Shown here one piece after another: positions 1 to 9,853 of a stretch of 32,000 bases of DNA. Source of the DNA: Microcystis aeruginosa NIES-2549 (GTDB lineage: Bacteria > Cyanobacteriota > Cyanobacteriia > Cyanobacteriales > Microcystaceae). Location of the stretch: contig NZ_CP011304.1 in the NCBI RefSeq assembly GCF_000981785.2, positions 720,001-752,000 of the forward strand. Reading direction: 5' to 3'. The notes under the pieces were generated by a model. That model did no database searches. It was not told the DNA's origin and worked only from the letters and a program-made list of their open reading frames with translations. Made by a program: the position numbers and the translations under genes. Every line of letters starts with the position of its first letter. The first letter of the stretch is position 1.

Positions 1-628
1 CTTGCCAAAAAACTAAAAAATAAACTCCGCAAATAATCCCAAAACTGATAAAAGTTCCCAGTAACCCCAACAGAGAATTGTCGCGGATACTATCCCTAGA
101 ACTAGCGATGCTACTTCTTAAATTCCTTTTCTGACTAGCTTGTAAATAGGTAAGAAGATTTTGAAACTTATCCCGGATATCGACACTTTTAACCGTGATT
201 GCATCTTGAAAAAGATCATCGGATTGATCGGATTTATAGGTAGCGATCGATTGATTAAATAGAGCAATTCGCCGATACATTAAATCCCCGATCTGAGTGA
301 CCATTTCCCGCTCGAAATCCGTGCCATTTTCTAATTGTTTAGCCAGGAGTTGCCAGTTAGATTGCATCAAAGCGATCGCCCGACGATGACGGCCCAATTC
401 CCTAGGGCTGCCAGTTTTGATATAATCCCGTCTTCCCGATTCGGCCACCGCCATGTTAGCGTAAAGATTAGCGAGATTATCGATGATCTCGTAGGTAACT
501 TCCACCTCAGCAGCGCGCTGACGCAGGGCGAGGGTATTGCGATAGGAAACTAGGCTAATAGTTCCCATCAATAAGACAGTTAGCCCGAAACCTCCCGCGA
601 TCCATTTTCCTTGTTTGAGCCAATTCAT
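1..628 (-). CDS. CHASE3-domain sensor protein, N-terminal part (probable sensor histidine kinase); the gene continues past the window start
   Basis: My own minus-strand translation from the ATG at 628-626 reads MNWLKQGKWIAGGFGLTVLLMGTISLVSYRNTLALRQRAAEVEVTYEIIDNLANLYANMAVAESGRRDYIKTG... and stays open to position 1. Layout is an N-terminal TM helix, a CHASE3-like segment, then a second TM helix (LLGLLGTFISFGIICGVYFLVF). It is missing from the ORF track because it runs off the window edge. The 335..553 + ORF is antisense to it. Confidence 0.7.
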   Translation of the reverse strand, partial: MNWLKQGKWIAGGFGLTVLLMGTISLVSYRNTLALRQRAAEVEVTYEIIDNLANLYANMAVAESGRRDYIKTGSPRELGRHRRAIALMQSNWQLLAKQLENGTDFEREMVTQIGDLMYRRIALFNQSIATYKSDQSDDLFQDAITVKSVDIRDKFQNLLTYLQASQKRNLRSSIASSRDSIRDNSLLGLLGTFISFGIICGVYFLVFWQ

Positions 629-812
629 CAGCAGTTAACTGACACTATTTCCAGCTTACTCTATCTAAATGGAGCAAGAGGACTCCCGTTAAATTTCTCC
701 TTAATTAAAAATATACCAGAAATTAACGGGAGATGAATTGCCCCCAGAATCTAAACTAACGCGACAGTGTTTCCTAATAAGGAAAGGCTTGATTCTCAAG
801 GTATGTATGAGC

Positions 813-842
813 TTGACATATTTAAGCGGTAAGTGTTATACT
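813..842 (+). promoter_or_regulatory. Candidate sigma70-type promoter for tnpB
   Basis: TTGACA (813-818), an 18-nt spacer, then TATACT (837-842), 30 nt upstream of the tnpB ATG. Confidence 0.35.
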
Positions 843-871
843 GAAAAGATAGCACAGATGGGATCAGGCTG

Positions 872-2080
872 ATGTTAAATGTTTTAAAAGTGAGAATATA
901 CCCAAACAAAAAACAGGAACTAGCCTTAGCTAAAAACTTTGGTTGCGTCCGTTTTGTTTGGAATTACTACTTAAATAAAACTAACAATCAGTACCTAGAG
1001 ACTGGTAAAGGAATGACCTACTGTGACATGGCAAAAGACCTTACCCAACTCAAGAAACAACTGGATTTTGAATGGTTAGCTGAGGCTACTGCTGCTACCT
1101 TGCAGCAATCATTGAAAAACTTAGAATCTGCTTTTAAGAACTTCTTCTCAAAAAGAACAAAATTCCCTAAATTTAAAAGTAAGCACAAAAAACAATCAAT
1201 CCGTTATCCTGAAAGTTGTTCAATTAGAAATAAGGGAATTAAGCTACCTAAATTAGGGGTTGTAAAAGCTAAGATTTCTCAAGTAATAAATGGTAAGATT
1301 AAATCCGTAACTGTTTCTAAAACCAGTACAGATAAATATTTTGCTGCCATCTTGTTTGAGATGGATGACTCAACAACCATTGAAAAACTAAAAATATCAG
1401 GGATAGACCTAGGTTTATCTTCTTTAGTTACGGTTTTTGATGGTGAAACAACCTACAAGATTGACCCAATCAAACCTACCAGAAAATATGCTAAACGTTT
1501 AAAGCGGAGACAACAAGCATTGTCTCGTAAAGCCAAGGGGTCTAATAATCGCCAAAAAGCCATTAAGGAGGTAGCCAAGGTTCACGAAAAGATAGCAAAT
1601 ACTAGACAGGATTTTCTTCATAAACTCTCCAGAAAGTTATGCGATGAAAACCAAATCGTTGTAGCCGAGAATCTGAATATTAAAGGGTTAGCAAGGACTA
1701 AATTAGCCAAATCAATACATGACGCTGGTTTTGGTATGTTGCTTAATTTCTTGGATTACAAGCTAGAAAGAGAGGGAGGAAAACTTGTAGAAGTTGACAG
1801 GTTTTATCCGAGTACAAAGCTCTGTTCTTGCTGTGGATTTAAAAATGATTTGTTGACTCTCAGTATTCGTGAATGGATTTGTCCAGAATGTAAGACGCAG
1901 CACGATAGAGATGAAAACGCCGCCAAGAATTTAAGGGAAGAAGGTATGAGAATACTGTCAACAAATACCGATGGACAGTCGGAATTTCAAGCTTGGGGAG
2001 AAACTGTAAGACTCGTTGGTACTTGTACCGAAAAGCGGGTTTCTGTGAATCAAGAATCCCCTGTCACAGCGTCAGCTTAA
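872..2080 (+). CDS. tnpB: TnpB (IS200/IS605 OrfB), RNA-guided endonuclease
   Basis: 402-aa ORF with the N-terminal MLNVLKVRIYPNKKQ..L...FGCVRFVWN signature. RuvC residues are present (GIDLG, VVAENL, HDRDENAAKN). Zinc ribbon is CSCCG..(x14)..CPECK. The tail ..NQESPV is the typical overlap with the omega RNA. Confidence 0.92.
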   Translation: MLNVLKVRIYPNKKQELALAKNFGCVRFVWNYYLNKTNNQYLETGKGMTYCDMAKDLTQLKKQLDFEWLAEATAATLQQSLKNLESAFKNFFSKRTKFPKFKSKHKKQSIRYPESCSIRNKGIKLPKLGVVKAKISQVINGKIKSVTVSKTSTDKYFAAILFEMDDSTTIEKLKISGIDLGLSSLVTVFDGETTYKIDPIKPTRKYAKRLKRRQQALSRKAKGSNNRQKAIKEVAKVHEKIANTRQDFLHKLSRKLCDENQIVVAENLNIKGLARTKLAKSIHDAGFGMLLNFLDYKLEREGGKLVEVDRFYPSTKLCSCCGFKNDLLTLSIREWICPECKTQHDRDENAAKNLREEGMRILSTNTDGQSEFQAWGETVRLVGTCTEKRVSVNQESPVTASA

Positions 2081-2096
2081 CGGCGGGAGTGTCAAC
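1950..2096 (+). ncRNA. Predicted omega RNA (reRNA) scaffold of TnpB element 1; the 5' limit is a guess
   Basis: The 3' end GAATC (2054-58)...ACGGCGG (2080-86)...TGTCAA (2090-95) has the same motif order as the second tnpB element (16182-16216). Placement follows the known TnpB architecture, where the scaffold overlaps the tnpB 3' end and the guide lies just beyond RE. Confidence 0.35.
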
Positions 2097-2104
2097 TCTA
2101 GACC

Positions 2105-2797
2105 ATGCGAATTTTAGTAGTAGAAGATGATATGCAACTAGCCGAGATTTTGCGAGAGGCATTGAGCGAGCGACAATACGTTGTCGATGTGGCTAGAGAC
2201 GGAGAAGAAGGCTGGAATTGGCTAGAATTAGGCAAATATGACCTTTTAGTTCTCGATGTCACCCTGCCCAAATTAAGCGGAACTTTGCTCTGTCAACGTC
2301 TGCGACGAGCGGAATCCCATCATCCCGTCTCTGCTAATGCCACCGTTCCCGTTTTATTATTAACCGCAAGGGATACGGTAATCGATAAAATCGACGGATT
2401 AGACGCAGGGGCCGATGATTATGTCACTAAACCCTTTGATTTGGGCGAATTAATGGCGCGGATTCGGGCCTTGATCCGACGCGGTAGCAGCACCAGCAGT
2501 ATTTTATTATCTTGGGGGGGTTTGCAGTTAAATCCCAGTACCCACGAGGCCAGTTATAACGGTCAACTTCTTTCCCTCACCCCCAAGGAATTCGCTCTCT
2601 TAGAATTACTTGTTACCCATGGACACCGGGTCTTAAGTCGATCGGGTATTATTGAGCGAGTTTGGTCTTTGGACGATTCTCCGGCCGAGGAAACCGTTAC
2701 TTCCCATATTCGCGGTCTTCGTCACAAGCTAAAATCCCTCGGTGCGCCGGAAGACTTTATTGAAACCGTTCACGGTCTTGGTTATCGTTTAAAATAA
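2105..2797 (+). CDS. OmpR-family response regulator (receiver domain plus winged-helix DNA-binding domain)
   Basis: MRILVVEDD...DLLVLDVTLP...TARD...KPF receiver motifs. C-terminal trans_reg_C-like segment: LSLTPKEFALLELL...VHGLGYRL. Confidence 0.92.
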   Translation: MRILVVEDDMQLAEILREALSERQYVVDVARDGEEGWNWLELGKYDLLVLDVTLPKLSGTLLCQRLRRAESHHPVSANATVPVLLLTARDTVIDKIDGLDAGADDYVTKPFDLGELMARIRALIRRGSSTSSILLSWGGLQLNPSTHEASYNGQLLSLTPKEFALLELLVTHGHRVLSRSGIIERVWSLDDSPAEETVTSHIRGLRHKLKSLGAPEDFIETVHGLGYRLK

Positions 2798-3091
2798 TAA
2801 ACTAAGACCCATCTTAACCGCCTATCCTTAGATTAGCTGAATCTCCCCCCCTTGCCCCTAGGGCTGTTTCATTTAAATTAAGTACAGCTGATTTTGAGTC
2901 AATAAATTTGACTGAAGACTCTCAAGTTTATCTTTCTCTAACCAAAAGAGTTAGTCACAATAATTAATCTTTAATCTTCTGCCAATATTTATTACAAATA
3001 GATTGATAAAGGTTATCAAGCCACTAAAAGCCTATCTCTCGTGAAATTACCTGAGAGTACATCCTGTTAATTTAGCTAATTTTTCTGCTTC

Positions 3092-4236
3092 TTACGTCGA
3101 TAAAACTATCAGTTTTTTCCAACGTTCAGCTAACCACCTCTGTCCCTCCGTTATTGAGAGAAAACCCAAACCTCTGAAAAGATTCAATCCTATAGTTGTG
3201 AGAATTGACCAATTGCTTGCTGCTTGAAAATCACTTATCTCGCTTTTATCTTCCTCAAAAATTACATCTTTTACCCAATGTAACTGATTTTCTATTTTCC
3301 AATGTCCTCGAATAATTTCAGCAAATACTTGGGCGGATGCGGTTAGGCTACTGATATAGTAAGCTGTTTCTTCATAAGTTTTATCCCCGCGACTACCCCT
3401 TCTTTCTACTTGAAAATTCGGCGCAGATTTTCAAACCCTTGTCTTTCATTTTTCCTCACTTTAAAAACTTCTATTTTTCTTGATATTTTTCGTCCATAAC
3501 TATTATCTTGCTCAAGAAAAAAATTGGCTGGCTTTGAGGAACTACTCAGGTCTTGAATTCGCTGATCAAGATTTTTCTGATTTCCTTTAACCGTGATAAC
3601 ATAATCATTTTTACTCTTGATTATTAAGCTGATTGTTTTTTTCTGACAGTGTAAAGCATCGCCAGTAAATACTTTATTTGGGAGAGAGCAATCCTCGATT
3701 ATAGCTTGACCTTCCTCGATTGCAGACCCTTTTTTATTTTCGATTCTTTTTAAGTGTAATACCAAGCCACTTTCTTGACTAAACAATGAGACAAATATCG
3801 TAAATTTTTGGTGAGCATTGTTAGGATTCTCTAGGGTATTTCTGAGACTTTTTCCATCTATGCCTAGCCAATTTATATCGGCTCTTTGTCCATATTCTTG
3901 TAATGCACATTCATTAATTACTCTTAACAAACTCTGCCATTCAATTCCCATCATTACCCTTCTAATTGTTGAATAGGATGGGACTCTTTCTGGAATTATG
4001 TTAAATTCTTGACTGAGCCTGTGCCGACCCTTCGACTTGGCTCAGGGCAAGTTATTTTTAGCAAACTCTCCTAGCTCTCTATAACCTGAGTATCCTAGCA
4101 TTGTTCCCAGTATTATTACTACTAATACTATCCATAAAGGGTGTCTTTTTCCTTTATCTTTCCGAAAGTCCTTGACTTGTTTCAGTTTTTCTATTAAGCT
4201 CAACATATATTTTAAAGGTTGGCGGTCACTCCTCAT
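3092..4236 (-). pseudogene. ISAs1-family (H-repeat-associated) transposase, disrupted
   Basis: It survives in three pieces. Piece 1 is 4236-4042 (..KGKRHPLWIVLVVIILGTMLGYSGYRELGEFAKNN). Piece 2 is 3954-3406 (IDGKSLRNT...FTGDALHCQKK...ITVKGNQKNL) and is in frame with piece 1, separated from it only by a TGA at 4044-4042. Piece 3 is about 3405-3092 in another frame (VERRGSRGDKTYEETAYYISSL..IRGHWKIENQLHWVKDV..), so there is also a frameshift near 3406. Confidence 0.8.
4013..4045. repeat. Small palindromic insert inside the ISAs1 transposase reading frame
   Basis: CTGAGCC (4013-4019) and GGCTCAG (4039-4045) flank 19 nt. The premature TGA of the transposase lies within the right arm. Confidence 0.45.
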
Positions 4237-4680
4237 TTTACAAAGACAGTGATCGCTTTTTTCTTAGCATAATCTGATAGTTTCATGTGAACTGCAATGT
4301 AAACTTGTACTAACTATATTAGCAGTTGTTTGCAGTCATTTGCATATATTTTTTACAAAACTTTACAATACTAAATCCGTTGAGTATAGGCTACATATCA
4401 GGAGAGGCACTGACTTGAAAATAGAAGCTGAAATAACGCAAATTCGTCAATCAGAATATTTTCATGTTTGGCGGTGCCAACTTTGGCATCAGGACTGACT
4501 TCTAACCCAATGTTGGCCAAAGATAAGCAAAAATTATTTATTGACTCCAAAAAATTGAGAATATTTAAATTAACATTTCGCAATATTTACAAATTCTTAA
4601 GAATTAATTGAGAAAGATTTTTATTTAACAACGATGTTGTAATGGTTACAGCGATTTGATAGAATTTCATAGTGGGTTAT

Positions 4681-4837
4681 TTTGTGCTTTTTTGGACAGC
4701 AATGGTTGAAACCCTTGATAAACCTACAGGGTGACCCTAATTAAGACGGGTAAATCGGTCAATTTCACCCACAACGATGATCTTTTTTTTGTGTAGTTTT
4801 ATTGCAAAGAAAAAGTTTTTTTGACAAAAAGCACAAA
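4681..4837. repeat. 12-bp perfect inverted repeat pair enclosing about 133 bp (MITE-like or structured RNA)
   Basis: TTTGTGCTTTTT (4681-4692) is the reverse complement of AAAAAGCACAAA (4826-4837). There is an internal hairpin GGGTAAAT..ATTTCACCC and a T8 run. Confidence 0.35.
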
Positions 4838-5019
4838 GTATGCAGTAGTAGTTATGGCTGGCTGAATAATGCTAAAACCCTTTTAAAATAAGGCTTTTGA
4901 CCTGTTAAAATCCGATGTTCATGCTGCGAAAATAGGATTGAGACCTTCAACAACCTTGCATTATCCTTCTTCTAGTACAAAACCTGATACAAAAAAGGAA
5001 GGCAACAAAGCCTGAAACT

Positions 5020-5118
5020 CTTGCCTCCTGCCTCCTGCCTTGAAAGTGGGGAGATGGGGAAGCTGTCTCATCACCCCACTTCCCTATAACCCTATCACCC
5101 GACGACTGATCACTGAAT
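5020..5118. repeat. Heptamer-rich low-complexity tract immediately 3' of ctc
   Basis: CTTGCCT CCTGCCT CCTGCCT sits at 5020-5040, followed by GGGGAGATGGGGAAG / CCCCACTTCCC. On the minus strand, CAGTGAT CAGT starts 4 nt after the ctc stop codon. Confidence 0.6.
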
Positions 5119-5676
5119 TTACCGTTTAGCGGCAACAATGGCAAAAACGGTGGTATGGGGATCATCTTTTAAAGTCACCCCTTCCGGCATTTTTAAATCA
5201 CCCACGAGCAGGGATTGCCCCACACCGATCCCCGACACATCAAATTCGATCACTTCCGGGATATTATCGGCAATACAGGAGACATTAACTTCGTTAACGA
5301 ACTGTTCGATTAAACCGCCCTGTTTGGTTCCGATCGCTTCTCCTATGGCTTTAATGGGAACAACGATATCGAGCTTACCGTGGGCAGACACCGAGAAGAA
5401 ACTGAGATGATAGAGATTTCTTTTCCAGGGATGAGATTGCACCTCTTGGATCAAAGCCTTTCCCGTCCAGGGCATTTCGGGAACATTCACATCCACCAGG
5501 GTATTATTTACCGAAGCCTTTTTCAGTAGGGTTAAGGCCGCTTTTTCTCCCACCACGAGGGAAACCGATTCCGTGCCGTTGTGGCCGTAGAGAACCGCTG
5601 GGATCAAACCCTGACGACGTAGGGCCCTGGGGTTAATATTTTCGGGTCTTTTTTGACATTCAACGCTAACTTGCAT
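5119..5676 (-). CDS. ctc: 50S ribosomal protein L25 / general stress protein Ctc
   Basis: 185-aa ORF. RALRRQGLIPAVLYG is the L25 N-terminal signature, followed by a Ctc-type C-terminal domain. Confidence 0.9.
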   Translation of the reverse strand: MQVSVECQKRPENINPRALRRQGLIPAVLYGHNGTESVSLVVGEKAALTLLKKASVNNTLVDVNVPEMPWTGKALIQEVQSHPWKRNLYHLSFFSVSAHGKLDIVVPIKAIGEAIGTKQGGLIEQFVNEVNVSCIADNIPEVIEFDVSGIGVGQSLLVGDLKMPEGVTLKDDPHTTVFAIVAAKR

Positions 5677-5703
5677 AGTTGACTAATCCTCTTTAGCAAT
5701 GAT

Positions 5704-7059
<1,356 letters not shown>

Positions 7060-7176
7060 CTAGCTAAAGTTCACACAAACTCCTATTATCTCTCTTGGCG
7101 AATACAACTGTCAAGTTATCTCTCTTCGCTAATTGCGGGGAGAAGGCGAGGGGAAAACTCGCCTATTTTCAGGGTT

Positions 7177-7368
7177 TTAAGAGGGAGATTGACCTTCCCG
7201 ACTGATTTGACGCTCGATAGTTTCGATAGCGGCATTTAATCCCGCTAGACGGGTTTCGAGGTCGTCGCGCATCCATTTGAGGAATGTTAATTTACGCTCT
7301 TGATATTCTTGGCGGGAAGTGCTGCCACAGGAAGTGCTGCCACAAGTGTTAAAGAAGAAGGGAAACAT
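7177..7368 (-). CDS. Small hypothetical protein (63 aa; start uncertain)
   Basis: ORF-track ORF lying between the lptF/G-like gene and purA on the same strand, with a helical C-terminal half (LETRLAGLNAAIETIERQI). I recognise no family. Confidence 0.35.
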   Translation of the reverse strand: MFPFFFNTCGSTSCGSTSRQEYQERKLTFLKWMRDDLETRLAGLNAAIETIERQISREGQSPS

Positions 7369-7429
7369 AGATCTAAGGGGCCTGCTATAACTCTACGTCT
7401 CCTATCTTGACGAAAATTTTTAAAAAAGT

Positions 7430-8593
7430 CTAACCGTTAAGTCGCCATAATAACCAGAGACCCAACCCAAAACCGAAAAAGTTAGGCAGCCAGGCGGCCA
7501 GGAAGGGGGAAAGGGTGGCGGTTAGTCCCAAGCTGCCCACTAAGAAGTTTAAAAGATAGTAGAGAAAAACAATAGCGACGCTGAGACCGAAACTGGTTCC
7601 CCGACCGATTCTTTGCGGTAGAGAACCCAAGGCACAGCCGATGGTAGCAAAGACGATGCAGACAAAGGGAAAGGCGATTTTTTGCTGAATTCGCACTTGA
7701 AAAAATCTGACTCTCTTATCATCGCCACTGAGTTTGAGCAGTTGCACATATTCGATCGCCTGTGGTATGTTCATCTCGTAGGGATCGCGGCTTTGACGAG
7801 CAAAATCGAAAGCGGAGCGAGATAAAGCGATTTTTTCGGCTTTAAAGGGGATAACTTGACTATAGGAGGCGTTAGGGGGGGTTAATTCATAGATAATGCC
7901 GTTAAAAAAGTCCCAGACGTTATCGACGGCATTCCAACGGGCCGAATCGGCGATAATAATTTGATTTAATTCTTGTTTTAGCCAACGGATAACGGTGACG
8001 GTTTTCATTTTTTCGCCGTCAAATTGTTCGGCATAAAATAAACTTCTTAAATTGCGATTAATCGTACCATTTTCTAGGGTTTTTATTTCATAATCGGGAT
8101 AATAAAAGTCTTTATTTCGCCAAAAGCTTGCCTCTTTATTAATTTTCTGTACTAAAATTTCTGTGGCTCGATAATTAGCATTGGGAACCACATATTCGTT
8201 TAATAAAAATGTCACTACTGTAACTATTAAACTCAGGCAAAAAGTGGGTATAAAAAGACGGTAAAGAGTGACTCCACAGCTTTGTAGGGCAACGGTTTCG
8301 CTATCACTACTTAAACGTCCGTAGGTGATTAAAGTGGCTAGTAAAAGAGAAACTGGCAGGGAATAGGTGACAAATTCTGGCACTTTTAACAGGAGAATTT
8401 CTAGGGCCGAAGCGAGGGGGAGATTGGCATCAACTACCTGATTAGCTAAATCGGAAAGATTGCCGATCGCTACTCCCAAAGAGGCAAATAAACCAACACT
8501 AAATAAAAATGGGGGTAGTAGTTGGCTGATCAGATAGCGATCAATGAGGGCAATACCTCCATTTACCCAGTAAGAAATCTTTTTCTTAATCAT
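7430..8593 (-). CDS. LptF/LptG-family permease (YjgP/YjgQ)
   Basis: 387 aa. Three N-terminal TM helices, a periplasmic beta-jellyroll-like middle section and three C-terminal TM helices. YLISQLLPPF start motif. Confidence 0.85.
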   Translation of the reverse strand: MIKKKISYWVNGGIALIDRYLISQLLPPFLFSVGLFASLGVAIGNLSDLANQVVDANLPLASALEILLLKVPEFVTYSLPVSLLLATLITYGRLSSDSETVALQSCGVTLYRLFIPTFCLSLIVTVVTFLLNEYVVPNANYRATEILVQKINKEASFWRNKDFYYPDYEIKTLENGTINRNLRSLFYAEQFDGEKMKTVTVIRWLKQELNQIIIADSARWNAVDNVWDFFNGIIYELTPPNASYSQVIPFKAEKIALSRSAFDFARQSRDPYEMNIPQAIEYVQLLKLSGDDKRVRFFQVRIQQKIAFPFVCIVFATIGCALGSLPQRIGRGTSFGLSVAIVFLYYLLNFLVGSLGLTATLSPFLAAWLPNFFGFGLGLWLLWRLNG

Positions 8594-8800
8594 TGATTTT
8601 GGTTAACTCACTCCTATTTCATCCCATTTCCTAACCCGCAGCCGTCTTGCCTATACCTTCGGTTAGCCTATCATATTTTGTCTTTGACGAAAAACACCGC
8701 CAGAAGTTGTATGATTGCGGGGAGAGTGGACAGAAGCAAGGATTTGGGTAAGTGTAGATAATTTTTCTGTTCCTATTCCCCGATCATCCCCAGGTGAATT

Positions 8801-9853
8801 ATGCTGCTAAACTGGCAAACTTTTACTATTCATAAACGAGTACCTTTAACGATTAGTCGCGGCACTACCAGCGAAAATACTAATATTTGGCTGAAAATTA
8901 GCCAGGAAAATATCGAAGGGTGGGGAGAGGCGTCCCCTTTTGATATTACCAGCGAGGAGAAAAAACCCGCTAAAATCCTGCAAGAATTAAACTCGATCGC
9001 TCCTATTTTACAATCTTTTCATCCCTGTCAACGCCAAGAAATTGAAAAAATTTTATGGCAAAATCAGATATCTTCGGCTACTCGTGCCGCTATTGACACG
9101 GCGCTGCACGACTGGTTAGGCAAAAAAGCTAATTTACCTCTTTGGCAAATTTTTGGACTCGATCGCTCTTTAATTCCGCCGGTTTCTGTTACTATCGGTT
9201 TAAATTCTCCGGAAAATGTGCAGAAAAGGCTGTTAGATTGGCTAGAAATTGGCGATTTTAGCTTATTAAAAGTCAAATTAGGCTCACCAGACGGTATAGA
9301 AGCCGATCAAGCCATAATTCTGGCCATTAAAGAAATTGTCCCCCATTTGCCCCTAACTGTCGATGCTAATGGTGGTTGGACATTTAGGGATGCGGTGAAA
9401 ATGTGCCAATGGTTAGAGGAAAAAGGCGTTATTTATGTGGAACAACCCCTATCCGTGGGACAAGAACGAGATTTAATTGATTTATACCAAAAATCGCCCC
9501 TACCTATCTTCGTCGATGAAAGCTGTTTTTCTAGTCAAGATATCCCGAAACTGGCCGATCGAGTCCACGGCATTAATATTAAACTAATGAAAGCTGGCGG
9601 ATTAGCCGAAGTGCAGAGAATGATTCATATTGCCCAAGCTTGCCGACTGCAAATTATGTTCGGATGTTACTCTGACAGCAGTTTAGCCAATACTGCCCTA
9701 GCACATCTTGGCCCGCTTGTCAACTATCTTGACCTAGATAGTCATTTAAATTTACGCGATGATCCCTTTACGGGATTAAGCTTAGAAAAGGGACGTTTAC
9801 AACCAAATAATTCACCCGGTTTGGGTGTTAGTTTACGGACAAAAGATGGCTAA
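8801..9853 (+). CDS. Dipeptide epimerase (L-Ala-D/L-Glu epimerase family, enolase superfamily)
   Basis: Enolase-superfamily catalytic pattern: LLKVKLG (KxK), TVDANGG, YVEQP, FVDES, NIKLMKAGG. Confidence 0.85.
   Translation: MLLNWQTFTIHKRVPLTISRGTTSENTNIWLKISQENIEGWGEASPFDITSEEKKPAKILQELNSIAPILQSFHPCQRQEIEKILWQNQISSATRAAIDTALHDWLGKKANLPLWQIFGLDRSLIPPVSVTIGLNSPENVQKRLLDWLEIGDFSLLKVKLGSPDGIEADQAIILAIKEIVPHLPLTVDANGGWTFRDAVKMCQWLEEKGVIYVEQPLSVGQERDLIDLYQKSPLPIFVDESCFSSQDIPKLADRVHGINIKLMKAGGLAEVQRMIHIAQACRLQIMFGCYSDSSLANTALAHLGPLVNYLDLDSHLNLRDDPFTGLSLEKGRLQPNNSPGLGVSLRTKDG

Larger units (their letters stand above)
675..2096 (+). mobile_element. IS200/IS605-family (IS1341-like) element carrying tnpB only, with no tnpA
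   Basis: Left-end hairpin: CTCCCGTTAAATTTCT (683-698) pairs with AGAAATTAACGGGAG (718-732). A second small hairpin is TTTCCT-AATA-AGGAAA (770-785). The right end carries the related motif TTAACGGCGGGAG (2077-2089) followed by TGTCAA (2090-2095). The left boundary is approximate. Confidence 0.5.

Noticed and set aside
335-553. 72-aa plus-strand ORF from the ORF track.
   Set aside because: It lies entirely antisense to a much better CHASE3-domain reading frame (1-628, minus strand). It is a shadow ORF.
872-2080. Possibility that the tnpB genes are nuclease-dead, domesticated regulators (TldR-like), given the position next to a response regulator.
   Set aside because: Both copies keep the RuvC D/E/D residues (GIDLG, V(A)ENL, HDRD) and the CxxC..CxxC zinc ribbon. 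Both also retain IS-like LE/RE ends.
4698-4945. Sequences ending in GTTGAAAC (about 4707-4714) and GGATTGAGAC (about 4936-4945), which resemble the 3' ends of cyanobacterial CRISPR repeats.
   Set aside because: They are single, dissimilar occurrences with no regular repeat-spacer periodicity and no cas genes in the window. This is not a CRISPR array.
4947-5165. 72-aa minus-strand ORF downstream of ctc, and the 72-aa ORF at 22626..22844.
   Set aside because: Both are generated by heptamer and low-complexity repeats (GKWEVGKWEE and the like) and overlap real genes.
5138-5410. 90-aa plus-strand ORF. Similar antisense or overlapping ORFs are 6574..6792, 6597..6779, 6889..7239, 7549..7749, 9064..9276, 12693..12896, 12731..12919, 13439..13645, 15358..15594, 15907..16167, 20038..20232, 21943..22188, 23080..23349, 23439..23636, 30825..31142, 30893..31096, 31012..31242, 31518..31835, 31586..31789 and 31705..31977.
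   Set aside because: Each is nested in, or antisense to, a gene with clear family motifs, and none has recognisable motifs of its own. They are most likely shadow ORFs.
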